Virus record (IMG/VR): IMGVR_UViG_3300022562_000664
Coordinates: 1-55,893 of that record
Strand: one strand, 5' to 3'
DNA from: a virus
Taxonomy: Duplodnaviria; Caudoviricetes
Length of the DNA: 55,893 bases
Every line of letters begins with the position of its first letter. Within the stretch, counting starts at the first letter, position 1. The notes beneath the pieces were generated by a model. The model was not told where the DNA came from. It made no database searches and saw only the letters and a list, made by a program, of their open reading frames with translations. Both the position numbers and the translations under genes were made by a program. This document shows positions 29,987-37,670 of the stretch, piece by piece.

Positions 29987-30285
29987 CAATTCACATCCAT
30001 TACACTGATGGTGAAAGTGAAACCATCAAAGGTAATTTCAAGCCCAATCTCGCCTGGCTTCAAGGTAAAGTGGGCGGCTTCATTGAAATCATCAATCTTC
30101 TTGATAACGTCCAAATGGTTGTCAATGAAGAGGCTATATTCAAGCGATTGGAACCAAATCCAACAGCGACACAAATCTATCGCGCTGATTTGGATTGTCG
30201 CTACAAACTTCCCCAGTCTGAATTGAATCGAATTTTCATCTGCGGAGTAGCAGTTGTCTTGGAGGGCAGGTCTCGTGTCACTTAA
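29983..30285 (+). CDS. DUF3846-like protein
   Basis: LQGKVGGFIE...MVVNEE...PNPTAT...ICGVAV. Confidence 0.75.
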   Translation: MTIHIHYTDGESETIKGNFKPNLAWLQGKVGGFIEIINLLDNVQMVVNEEAIFKRLEPNPTATQIYRADLDCRYKLPQSELNRIFICGVAVVLEGRSRVT

Positions 30286-30508
30286 ATTCATCTTGCCTCA
30301 GAGATATGTGCTATATCTGTCGCTTCCGAGCGGTGAAATTCAAGTCTATCGCGACGGTAACTTAATCCATAGCATTGAAGCGGCCAGCTGCCCGCCTCTA
30401 GTTGACTACATCAAGAAGGACCCACGATTTCCAGAATGTTGGGTCTATGCTCACATCGAAGATAATGTTTTGATCGTTCACTCTAGAATTGGAGGACCCA
30501 ATGACTAA
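30254..30508 (+). CDS. Hypothetical protein
   Basis: ORF in the early gene array; start uncertain. Confidence 0.45.
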   Translation: MSWRAGLVSLKFILPQRYVLYLSLPSGEIQVYRDGNLIHSIEAASCPPLVDYIKKDPRFPECWVYAHIEDNVLIVHSRIGGPND

Positions 30509-30803
30509 GTCTTTTCCGCGCGCCAAAAACAATAACCATATTGTGGAGGCGCTTGAATATGCCGGATCAGGTAAGCTCCTGGCCGACACCCTAGGTGTAT
30601 CAACCAGCTCTATTTCTTCCTGGGCACAAGGCACCAAGGCCGCGCCGCTTTGGACTGTGTTAGCGTGCGAGGGTTTGAAAGCCCGGCGCGCTATTGATAA
30701 TGTACAAATCTACATGGTGCTGGTTGAGCAGCCAGATTCAGGAGAAATGATTACAAAGTTGTTGAATACCATGAAGGGGGTAAAATGCCAGAGAATACGC
30801 TGA
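30501..30803 (+). CDS. Cro/Xre-like HTH protein
   Basis: GGAGG RBS; LADTLGVSTSSISSW helix-turn-helix. Confidence 0.75.
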   Translation: MTKSFPRAKNNNHIVEALEYAGSGKLLADTLGVSTSSISSWAQGTKAAPLWTVLACEGLKARRAIDNVQIYMVLVEQPDSGEMITKLLNTMKGVKCQRIR

Positions 30804-30991
30804 GGTATTTTGTTCACTACAGGACTTCCCCTCTCAATGAAGGCTATTGTATTGTTCATTGCCATGAGGGGAAGTTTCTGTGGCCTCGTGAAAACAAAAG
30901 CGACATAATTAGGACAATTGAAATTCACGAGACAGACACTCGCAGTCTCAATGAGCTAATCATAGCTTACAAAGAGGACTATGGGGCATGA
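30785..30991 (+). CDS. Hypothetical protein
   Basis: RBS and coupled overlap. Confidence 0.5.
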   Translation: MPENTLRYFVHYRTSPLNEGYCIVHCHEGKFLWPRENKSDIIRTIEIHETDTRSLNELIIAYKEDYGA

Positions 30992-31272
30992 TTTTTTGCA
31001 AAGCATGCGGCTGCGCCGGGATTGACGATGTTGAGTGCCCTGAAAATCCGTCTGTCTGCGATTTTGTAGAATATGATGAAGAGGAATTTCTGGAGAAATA
31101 TGAATTGTGGCGTGCTCAGGCCAATCTTCTCATCAATAAATTGACTGGCCTGAAAATCTTACTTGAATATGCCATACAAAAGCAGCCTGAAGATATTTAT
31201 CTTGATTCATGGCACACTAGTGTCGTCCACACCCTAAAACTTCTGAGAAATATATGCGAGCCATATAAATAG
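30988..31272 (+). CDS. Hypothetical protein (Cys-rich N-terminus)
   Basis: ATGA coupling; CxxC. Confidence 0.5.
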   Translation: MIFCKACGCAGIDDVECPENPSVCDFVEYDEEEFLEKYELWRAQANLLINKLTGLKILLEYAIQKQPEDIYLDSWHTSVVHTLKLLRNICEPYK

Positions 31273-31324
31273 CTTTTTTGATTTTTTGCTTATAGTATAC
31301 TAATAATAGAAAGGAAGGTGTATT

Positions 31325-31594
31325 ATGACGGTTAGTGAATATCTCGATAAAATTCTCCATCCAAAAGACCCTGCTGAAGGCTATGATCCATCTTGGGTCC
31401 ATGACATGGAACTAAGTGTGGAGCTTAAGTTTTCAGAGAAGGGCGTAACCTTTTGGGTTGGTGACAACTCGGTTTATACGACTGAGTGGCGCGCGAAAAC
31501 TCTCGCTGGCTTAGAAAAGAAGCTGGACAAATACGACGATGGAATGTGCCATCTGTTCGAGAGTGACGATGATGGATACGACGATGAAGCATGA
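31325..31594 (+). CDS. Small acidic early protein
   Basis: AAGGAAGG RBS after an AT-rich promoter-like segment. Confidence 0.6.
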   Translation: MTVSEYLDKILHPKDPAEGYDPSWVHDMELSVELKFSEKGVTFWVGDNSVYTTEWRAKTLAGLEKKLDKYDDGMCHLFESDDDGYDDEA

Positions 31595-31766
31595 ACATCT
31601 AAATCGCGAAATCCTAATTTCGCCGCTGATCGACCACGAAACTCTCGCGGTCATCCTTCTGGTTGACGGGAAAGCTACTGATTATCGAACTGAGGTTGAT
31701 GATTGGTCAGAAATTCCTGGCGCCATTGAAGAAATCCTCGATGATTATGATAGGGGAGAGGGATGA
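31584..31766 (+). CDS. Small acidic protein
   Basis: Overlap-coupled ORF. Confidence 0.5.
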   Translation: MKHEHLNREILISPLIDHETLAVILLVDGKATDYRTEVDDWSEIPGAIEEILDDYDRGEG

Positions 31767-31948
31767 TGTATAGGTGGAAATTAGACAATGATGGTATCTG
31801 CCGTGATCAAATTACGGGTGATGCTTATGGTGAAAGCTCTGAGGAATTTGAACAGGCTCTTAAAGGTGAGTTTGAATTCGCAGATGCTTTTGTGGCAATG
31901 ATCTCTTATCAAATCTTCTGCGAAGGTTTGACAATTGAGGTAGAATAA
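31763..31948 (+). CDS. Small acidic protein
   Basis: GGAG RBS; ATGA coupling. Confidence 0.55.
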   Translation: MMYRWKLDNDGICRDQITGDAYGESSEEFEQALKGEFEFADAFVAMISYQIFCEGLTIEVE

Positions 31949-31962
31949 TCTGATAGGGGAGA

Positions 31963-32163
31963 GTGATGATGGATAGGGGGTGGGGTGTGTGGTGTGAAGT
32001 GTGGGGTGGCGTAACTGGTTCTCGCCAATCGTGGCTCAAACGAGATGACGCTGTTGTGGAATTTGAAACTGAGGCTGAAGCCCGGATTAAAGCAGATGAA
32101 CTAAAAGTTAATGCTGTGGGAATGAAAGCCCAGTTTAATTATTCACCACGGAGGCTCAAATGA
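31963..32163 (+). CDS. Hypothetical protein
   Basis: GGGGAG RBS. Confidence 0.55.
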   Translation: MMMDRGWGVWCEVWGGVTGSRQSWLKRDDAVVEFETEAEARIKADELKVNAVGMKAQFNYSPRRLK

Positions 32164-32369
32164 GAACTGAAATCAAAATGTATAATTGCCAATGCGACCG
32201 CTGCGGCAAAGAATCACGAATCAAATCAGGGCAATTTTGGGGTGGGATGGTTACTGCGAAAATGCAAAGTGGCGCAAATGTATTCCCTGGAGGGCCTACA
32301 TTAGATTTGTGCTATGAATGTCTCAATGACCTTACTAAGTGGTTCGATTTGCTAAATGAGGGAAGATGA
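32160..32369 (+). CDS. Small zinc-ribbon protein
   Basis: CDRCG...DLCYEC; GGAGG RBS. Confidence 0.65.
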   Translation: MRTEIKMYNCQCDRCGKESRIKSGQFWGGMVTAKMQSGANVFPGGPTLDLCYECLNDLTKWFDLLNEGR

Positions 32370-32566
32370 TGCTCAAGGACTTTGAACATGCTGTCGCAGT
32401 TGCGATGGACCAAACATCCAACTATCCTGATGGAAAACAACTCGGTCAGCTTCACGCTATCCTTATGGCGCTGACTGAGGCAAACAAAAGGAAAATTGAA
32501 CAATGTCTGAGCAAGAAACGTGGTCGCAAAGAAAGCGTTTCTTCATTATCATCGGACTCGCAGTAG
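32366..32566 (+). CDS. Hypothetical protein
   Basis: ATGA coupling; GAGG RBS. Confidence 0.5.
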   Translation: MMLKDFEHAVAVAMDQTSNYPDGKQLGQLHAILMALTEANKRKIEQCLSKKRGRKESVSSLSSDSQ

Positions 32567-32736
32567 GAGCTTGGTTGCCATGGTTATTATTCGCCGCGTC
32601 CCTGGGCCTGTTATGATTGAAATCAGAACCAAATCAGGCAAGCTCAAATCAATTGAGTGGGCGCGATCAATGTCTGCTGCCCGGCTTCGCTGTGCTGAGA
32701 TGAATGAAACATACGAGACGAAAGAGTGGGATGATA

Positions 32737-33078
32737 ATGCCTTGGGAGAAAGTTAAAAACTTGAAGAGTGATGTTCGTGCTAGAATAGAAGTCAAAAACT
32801 ATTCTGGTAGGCGTGAATACACCTACATTGCCTTTTACTTTAAGCCTGAGTTATTGGATAGAATGGGATTATCTCTTGGATCAAAAGTTGACATTGAGAG
32901 GGATGCTGAAAAGGATTTGTGGAAAATTACAAGAGGCCAGGATTTCACTATTGGTGAGTGCAATAAATGGCTCTCAATTCGCGTCCCTGCTGAGAAACAT
33001 CTAGTGAAATCAAAAGCCGAAAACTGTGAGTGGAATTTAGATGGAGATGCGCTAATAGTTCAGTATCAGCCCCAGTAA
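32737..33078 (+). CDS. Hypothetical protein (AbrB-like pattern)
   Basis: ELLDRMGLSLGSKVDI resembles an AbrB-type swapped-hairpin motif. Confidence 0.55.
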   Translation: MPWEKVKNLKSDVRARIEVKNYSGRREYTYIAFYFKPELLDRMGLSLGSKVDIERDAEKDLWKITRGQDFTIGECNKWLSIRVPAEKHLVKSKAENCEWNLDGDALIVQYQPQ

Positions 33079-33105
33079 CCGTAACTTAGGAACTATTCTC
33101 ACTCG
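33075..33105 (+). repeat. 31-bp direct repeat, copy 2
   Basis: Matches 12281-12311 with 1 mismatch. Confidence 0.9.
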
Positions 33106-33309
33106 GTATTGGTTATACTAGTGAGAATTGTAATCTTTGGTTACTGTGGTTACTGCGTATAGTAAAGAACTGAAACATCTAGTAAAATGGTAACCAGTAT
33201 TCGTAATTCAGAATATGTACCTATTAGAAATAGGGTGATTGATTTATAAGGATATTTTATTCACTATCTTAGATTGTACCGACTGAGGTGCGGATACAGG
33301 AGTTACGCT

Positions 33310-33429
33310 ATGGAAGACGCTATATTGGATTTCATCTATCAAAGTGAAACATCTATTGAAATGGTTACGAGGATTTGGTTTTTAGTAGTAATAGCTGTAG
33401 CACTGTTTGTGGTATGGTTAAAAGATTGA
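33310..33429 (+). CDS. 39-aa membrane peptide (not in ORF track)
   Basis: AGGAG RBS; hydrophobic C-terminal half. Confidence 0.45.
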   Translation: MEDAILDFIYQSETSIEMVTRIWFLVVIAVALFVVWLKD

Positions 33430-34005
33430 TAGATACCGGGAGAAAACTCTCAATAGGCACTCTATCATTACCCTAATTTGTACCGTATGAAAAATACTCC
33501 TAGTTACGGGTTACTGTATTGTGGCCCTTGCTGGGCTTCCCCCCGGTTTTCCTGCGAAAATTGAGGTTGTGCGCCGTAACTGAGGTTCTGTGTTCGGGTA
33601 CGCTAGGCCCGCCACTCACTCATTCAACACATGACATTTTTCCACCCAAGACCATTGTTCGCGGTTCGTTCTGTTTGATTTTCTGTGTGGATGGGTGTCC
33701 GTACCGCTTCTATAAATTTTGAAAAGTTGCACACTACGCCGCTGAATGGTAAAAAAGGAGAATAGGCGAGTGATAGCGTGGGTGGATGGGTTAATGTATG
33801 GATGCTATGAGTGTCCCTACCGCTTCAGTGCATCACGAAAGCACTGCTCATGTAGAAATGGGTGGATGGGAATTTGGAAAGCAGGAGCCTACGCCGCATG
33901 AGCGGGTGGATGGATGGAAGGATGGACGCGCGGGCGCGCGCCAGCGGCCCAGGGCCTCACAGCCCCAGGCTCGCCAGATCATTCGTACACTAACGGTCAG
34001 TCAGC

Positions 34006-34069
34006 CAACCAGGCAACCAGGCAACCAGGCAACCAGGCAACCAGGCAACCAGGCAACCAGGCAACCAGC
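34006..34069. repeat. Tandem repeat (CAACCAGG)x7 plus one variant copy
   Basis: Read directly. Confidence 0.95.
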
Positions 34070-34086
34070 CACGCGCCCACAGACAG

Positions 34087-34175
<89 letters not shown>

Positions 34176-34186
34176 AGCAACCAGGC

Positions 34187-34333
34187 TCAGCGGGTCATTC
34201 GTTCACGAATAATCGCACGCTTCACACGGCGGCGGCGCATCACGCGCTCAAACTCGTCAGACAGCCACGCGCCCAAAGCCAAGCCAGTCATAAACGCAGC
34301 TAGCAGGACCAGCATCAGGATTAACTCGTTCAT
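34187..34333 (-). CDS. 48-aa membrane protein MNELILMLVLLAAFMTGLALGAWLSDEFERVMRRRRVKRAIIRERMTR (not in ORF track)
   Basis: GGAG RBS, upstream promoter, TM segment plus basic tail. Confidence 0.65.
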   Translation of the reverse strand: MNELILMLVLLAAFMTGLALGAWLSDEFERVMRRRRVKRAIIRERMTR

Positions 34334-34362
34334 CGTTTTCTCCATTCTTAAGTCTATCTAAA

Positions 34363-34391
34363 ATCCTACTCCAGCCACGCGGGGAAGTAAA
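34363..34391 (-). promoter_or_regulatory. Sigma70-like leftward promoter TTTACT-17-TAGGAT
   Basis: 17-bp spacer; A/T tract upstream. Confidence 0.6.
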
Positions 34392-34424
34392 GAGATTTTT
34401 TTATTTTTTTTTCGTTTCTCCCTC

Positions 34425-34453
34425 TTTACTTTTCCCTTCGGGCGCCCTATATA
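34425..34453 (+). promoter_or_regulatory. Sigma70-like rightward promoter TTTACT-17-TATATA
   Basis: 17-bp spacer; T tract upstream; mirror of the leftward promoter. Confidence 0.65.
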
Positions 34454-34511
34454 TAAGAGGCGTAAGGGAATAGGCCCGACGCTAGACTTAGGAAAAGGAA
34501 AGGAAATAGGA

Positions 34512-34973
34512 ATGAGTTCCGTAGGATTTAAGGGCTTCGCGAAACCGTCGAAAGTCGAGAACCTCGACGCGGCCCTAGAAAATATTCCCGCCGACGAATA
34601 CGTATTTTATACGGGCGGGAATTACGGGCGGCGGCGCGCTTCCGGGCGCTCCGCTTCCCTCGCGACCGTAACCGAGGTCCGGAAGCCTATCCCGGTTCGC
34701 GAATACGCGAAACGGGCCGCGACTTCCGGGCCGGGCGGGACCGGTTTCCCGACTTCTATCTCGGTCGGCGGGTTAGGACTTCATTCCGGCGCTAAGCCCG
34801 CCGTTTATCTCTACCTCGTAAGGGACGCGGCGGGAAATTTCCGGGCGAAGAAAGATATTCCTAACCCGGACCGCGCTTTCTCGGAGACGCCTTTTAAGGC
34901 GGGAGACGTAGTAATCCCCGCGCCGAAGGCGACGGGCGCGGAGACTAAGAAAATCGCGGCCCCTAAGAAGTAG
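34512..34973 (+). CDS. Basic 153-aa protein encoded without CA/TG dinucleotides; possible DNA-binding immediate-early protein
   Basis: AAGGA RBS, own promoter and terminator; no Q/W/C/internal M; motif similarity to 28427-28876. Confidence 0.8.
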   Translation: MSSVGFKGFAKPSKVENLDAALENIPADEYVFYTGGNYGRRRASGRSASLATVTEVRKPIPVREYAKRAATSGPGGTGFPTSISVGGLGLHSGAKPAVYLYLVRDAAGNFRAKKDIPNPDRAFSETPFKAGDVVIPAPKATGAETKKIAAPKK

Positions 34974-34996
34974 AGCTAAGACCTCTTTAGACCTAG

Positions 34997-35026
34997 GGCG
35001 CGGCCTTCGGGCCGCGCCTTTCTTTT
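34997..35026 (+). terminator. Intrinsic terminator
   Basis: GGCGCGGCC-TTCG-GGCCGCGCC-TTTCTTTT. Confidence 0.9.
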
Positions 35027-35137
35027 CCCTTCGGGCTGGTGTTTTCGAGGGAGAAAATTTCTGGCTCTATCGGGACTCCGCCAGGGACTTTTGAGCGCGA
35101 ATTCAGATTCCAGCCTTCTTTGCCCTGATAGCGTCAG

Positions 35138-35389
35138 TCATGGCGCGTCTCTTAAATGGTCAATTAAATCTTCCAGCATTTGCACAATTTCTGACCGCCG
35201 GTAATCATCACCAAGTTTTTCTGTTATATGTCGGCATTGCATTGGCCAGGAAAATGGGCTGCGCCAACCGCGAATATTTTCGACCATCTCGCAGAGAATC
35301 TCACACTGGTCTTGCTCGGATGCACCGACAAAGGCGTCCGCAATTTCCAAGTTTGAAATCGTTTTTGAAAGAGTGACTTCAATCGGCAT
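35138..35389 (-). CDS. Hypothetical protein (83 aa)
   Basis: GGAGG RBS before ATG at 35389. Confidence 0.65.
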   Translation of the reverse strand: MPIEVTLSKTISNLEIADAFVGASEQDQCEILCEMVENIRGWRSPFSWPMQCRHITEKLGDDYRRSEIVQMLEDLIDHLRDAP

Positions 35390-35411
35390 TTTCCTCCAAC
35401 TCCCAAATCTT

Positions 35412-35455
35412 AAGGAAAGAAGCCCCGGTGTGCGTTTGGGGGGCACCGGGGCTTC
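35412..35455 (-). terminator. Terminator-like hairpin
   Basis: 12-bp stem GAAGCCCCGGTG/CACCGGGGCTTC followed by TTTCCTT on the minus strand. Confidence 0.6.
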
Positions 35456-35665
35456 AAGCAGCAGCGTTGGATTTAGTTTCCCCTCACTACATGCGCAACT
35501 CCAACCTGGTTGATAAAAATGGCGGGTTTTTCTTTATGTCACCGCCCCTGGGTTTCTACCAGCACACCCTATGCCTAGCGGTCCTCAGCACAGGCTTCGC
35601 TTCTATGAGATTCCATCAGGAAGGACAAGTTCCAATCACCATCTCAAGTGCCGCGCGATAAAGTA
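35412..35665 (-). ncRNA. Candidate structured non-coding RNA or leader
   Basis: TATAAT box at about 35666-35671 (minus), several hairpins, ends at a terminator, no long minus-strand ORF within it. Confidence 0.3.
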
Positions 35666-35716
35666 ATTATACGTCTAGACGGGATGAGGCGAAAGCGTTA
35701 AAGTTGATCATGTTAA

Positions 35717-35745
35717 TTGACCAGTCCATTGACTCCTGCTATAAT
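35717..35745 (+). promoter_or_regulatory. Sigma70 promoter TTGACC-17-TATAAT upstream of the terminase genes
   Basis: Near-consensus boxes with 17-bp spacing. Confidence 0.7.
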
Positions 35746-35766
35746 GGCAATGTTGTAAGGTCTCCA

Positions 35767-36162
35767 GTGGTATCTCTCAAGAAAGTTCGCAGAACAGGCA
35801 GAGATGCCTCAACCAGCAATATAATTCGCAGGACAGAGCCCCCGACTGTTCAAGAGTCGGTTGTTCGCATTATCAATGAATGTGACCCGGTTGGCTTCCT
35901 GAGTGATATAGTCAATGGGAAGGCCATTGAATGTCACGTTGTTGGTGAAGATGGCCAAATCACAACGTTTTATGAGACACCTACCCTCAAGCAGCGTCTT
36001 CAGGCAGCTAGTTTCTTGGCTGAGAGATATTTGCCAAAGGTGGCGGTTGTTAAGCACGCGCATCTTCACAAAAGTGCCGATAAGCATACGCCCGGTGAGG
36101 AACGTTCTTTTGGTCAGATTGTGACGCATGCAGCTCAGAAATCATCCAATAGTAGCGAGTGA
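35767..36162 (+). CDS. Terminase small subunit (putative)
   Basis: Directly upstream of TerL; DPVGFL...RLQAASFLAERYLPK pattern; start inferred downstream of the promoter. Confidence 0.65.
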   Translation: MVSLKKVRRTGRDASTSNIIRRTEPPTVQESVVRIINECDPVGFLSDIVNGKAIECHVVGEDGQITTFYETPTLKQRLQAASFLAERYLPKVAVVKHAHLHKSADKHTPGEERSFGQIVTHAAQKSSNSSE

Positions 36163-37669
36163 GCAAGAGGTAAAGGCACTTCAATACTGGACCCAAAATC
36201 CAATTGAAGCTGTCAAGGCCTGGTTCAACGTTACTCCAGAACCATATCAAGCAGACATCATCAATGCTCTCTTGAAGCCGGGGGCAGATAAGGTGTCACG
36301 TGTGGCTGTTAAGTCAAGTCACGGTGTGGGTAAGACGACCACAATGGCCTGGTGTGGCTGGGTATTCCTTATGACCAGGATGCTCAGTAAGACTGTGGCC
36401 ACGGCCCCGACTGCGCACCAATTAATGGATGTTCTTTGGCCTGAATTTGCTAAGTGGCATGCAAGGATGCCCAAGGAGATGCAGGCAATATGGGATGTGT
36501 CAGCAACCCATGTCAGGTGTAAGAAGTATCCATTATCCTGGTTTGCTGCGGCGCGGACCAGTAACAAGCCCGAAAACATGCAGGGCTTCCACGAAGATCA
36601 TATCTTGGTGTTGTGCGAGGAAGCTAGTGGTATTCCGCCAGAAATATTCGAGGTCATCGAAGGTATCTTGTCCAACGCAGAAGAGCATGAGCAAGAGGCT
36701 CTACTGTTACTTGCGGGAAACCCGACGCAGACGGGTGGAGAGTTCTACAATGCGTTCAATCGCAATAAAGACATCTACAACCGCTTCACAGTAACCGGGG
36801 ATGAAACAACTAAGCCAGACCGGGGTGCGGGCAAGTTTTACTTCTCCAAGCGGGTCAGCAACAAATACCGCACCAACATGGAGAAGAAATATGGGCTCGT
36901 ATCGTCAGTATACGATGTACGCGTGCGTGGCCTTTTCCCGACGATGGCCGACGATGTTGTCATCCCTCTGGAGTGGGCCGAGAAAGCACAGTTCAAGATG
37001 CTCCCTCACTTCGATAGGGTATCAGACCCGATTACCCTGGTTATGGACGTTGCCCGTTTTGGTGGGGACAAGACTACCTTGGCCGTGTTCAGGAAGGGTC
37101 ACTGCTTGGCTATGCACAAGTGGCCCAAGACTTCTGGCACTCAGTGCTGCGATATTATGCAAGAAGCATATCACCATGGCGCTTTCGGTGTAGGCTCAAT
37201 CCCGGTCATTCGCGTTCTGGTGGATGAGCCTGGTGTTGGTGGGCCGGTAATTGACATGATGAGGCGCCAGGAGATTCCTGCCATTGGTTATCATGGTGGC
37301 GTAACCATGAAGCGTGGCGAGGATCACGACGAAGATGTGCGCATGTTTTTCAACCGGCGATCTAGGGATTGGTGGAATTTGCGCCGTAAGATGGAATTGG
37401 GGTTGATTAAGATTCCTGAAGATGAAGATTTGGTTAATGAATTGGCATCAGTCAAATATGAATATGTAAATGAGAAGATCAAGGTGGAAACTAAGAAAGA
37501 CATGCGTGAGCGCCTAGGGGATGATGCAAGTCCTGACCTGGCAGATACAATTGTAATGGGCTCTGCTCCGTATGTTGGCACCACCAATATGGTGCCTTTA
37601 GAAACACTTGATCTTGAACAGGCGATCATATACGGTGAAGATCGCCCGACAGCTCACCAGGATTTCTGA
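36128..37669 (+). CDS. terL: Terminase large subunit
   Basis: Walker A SSHGVGKTT, Walker B LVLCEEA, GNPT, nuclease MDVARFGGD and SPDLAD. Confidence 0.93.
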   Translation: MQLRNHPIVASEQEVKALQYWTQNPIEAVKAWFNVTPEPYQADIINALLKPGADKVSRVAVKSSHGVGKTTTMAWCGWVFLMTRMLSKTVATAPTAHQLMDVLWPEFAKWHARMPKEMQAIWDVSATHVRCKKYPLSWFAAARTSNKPENMQGFHEDHILVLCEEASGIPPEIFEVIEGILSNAEEHEQEALLLLAGNPTQTGGEFYNAFNRNKDIYNRFTVTGDETTKPDRGAGKFYFSKRVSNKYRTNMEKKYGLVSSVYDVRVRGLFPTMADDVVIPLEWAEKAQFKMLPHFDRVSDPITLVMDVARFGGDKTTLAVFRKGHCLAMHKWPKTSGTQCCDIMQEAYHHGAFGVGSIPVIRVLVDEPGVGGPVIDMMRRQEIPAIGYHGGVTMKRGEDHDEDVRMFFNRRSRDWWNLRRKMELGLIKIPEDEDLVNELASVKYEYVNEKIKVETKKDMRERLGDDASPDLADTIVMGSAPYVGTTNMVPLETLDLEQAIIYGEDRPTAHQDF

Positions 37670-37670
37670 A

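Noticed and set aside
34378-35036. CpG-island-like (mutational) or simple high-GC explanation for the CA/TG void
   Set aside because: Lack of CpG deamination or higher GC would lower CA/TG only modestly. It would not leave just two unavoidable codons, and the AT-rich promoter region is also void.
35704-35766. N-terminal 21 codons of the TerS ORF as given in the track
   Set aside because: They overlap a near-consensus promoter (35717-35745), so the real start is probably the GTG at 35767.
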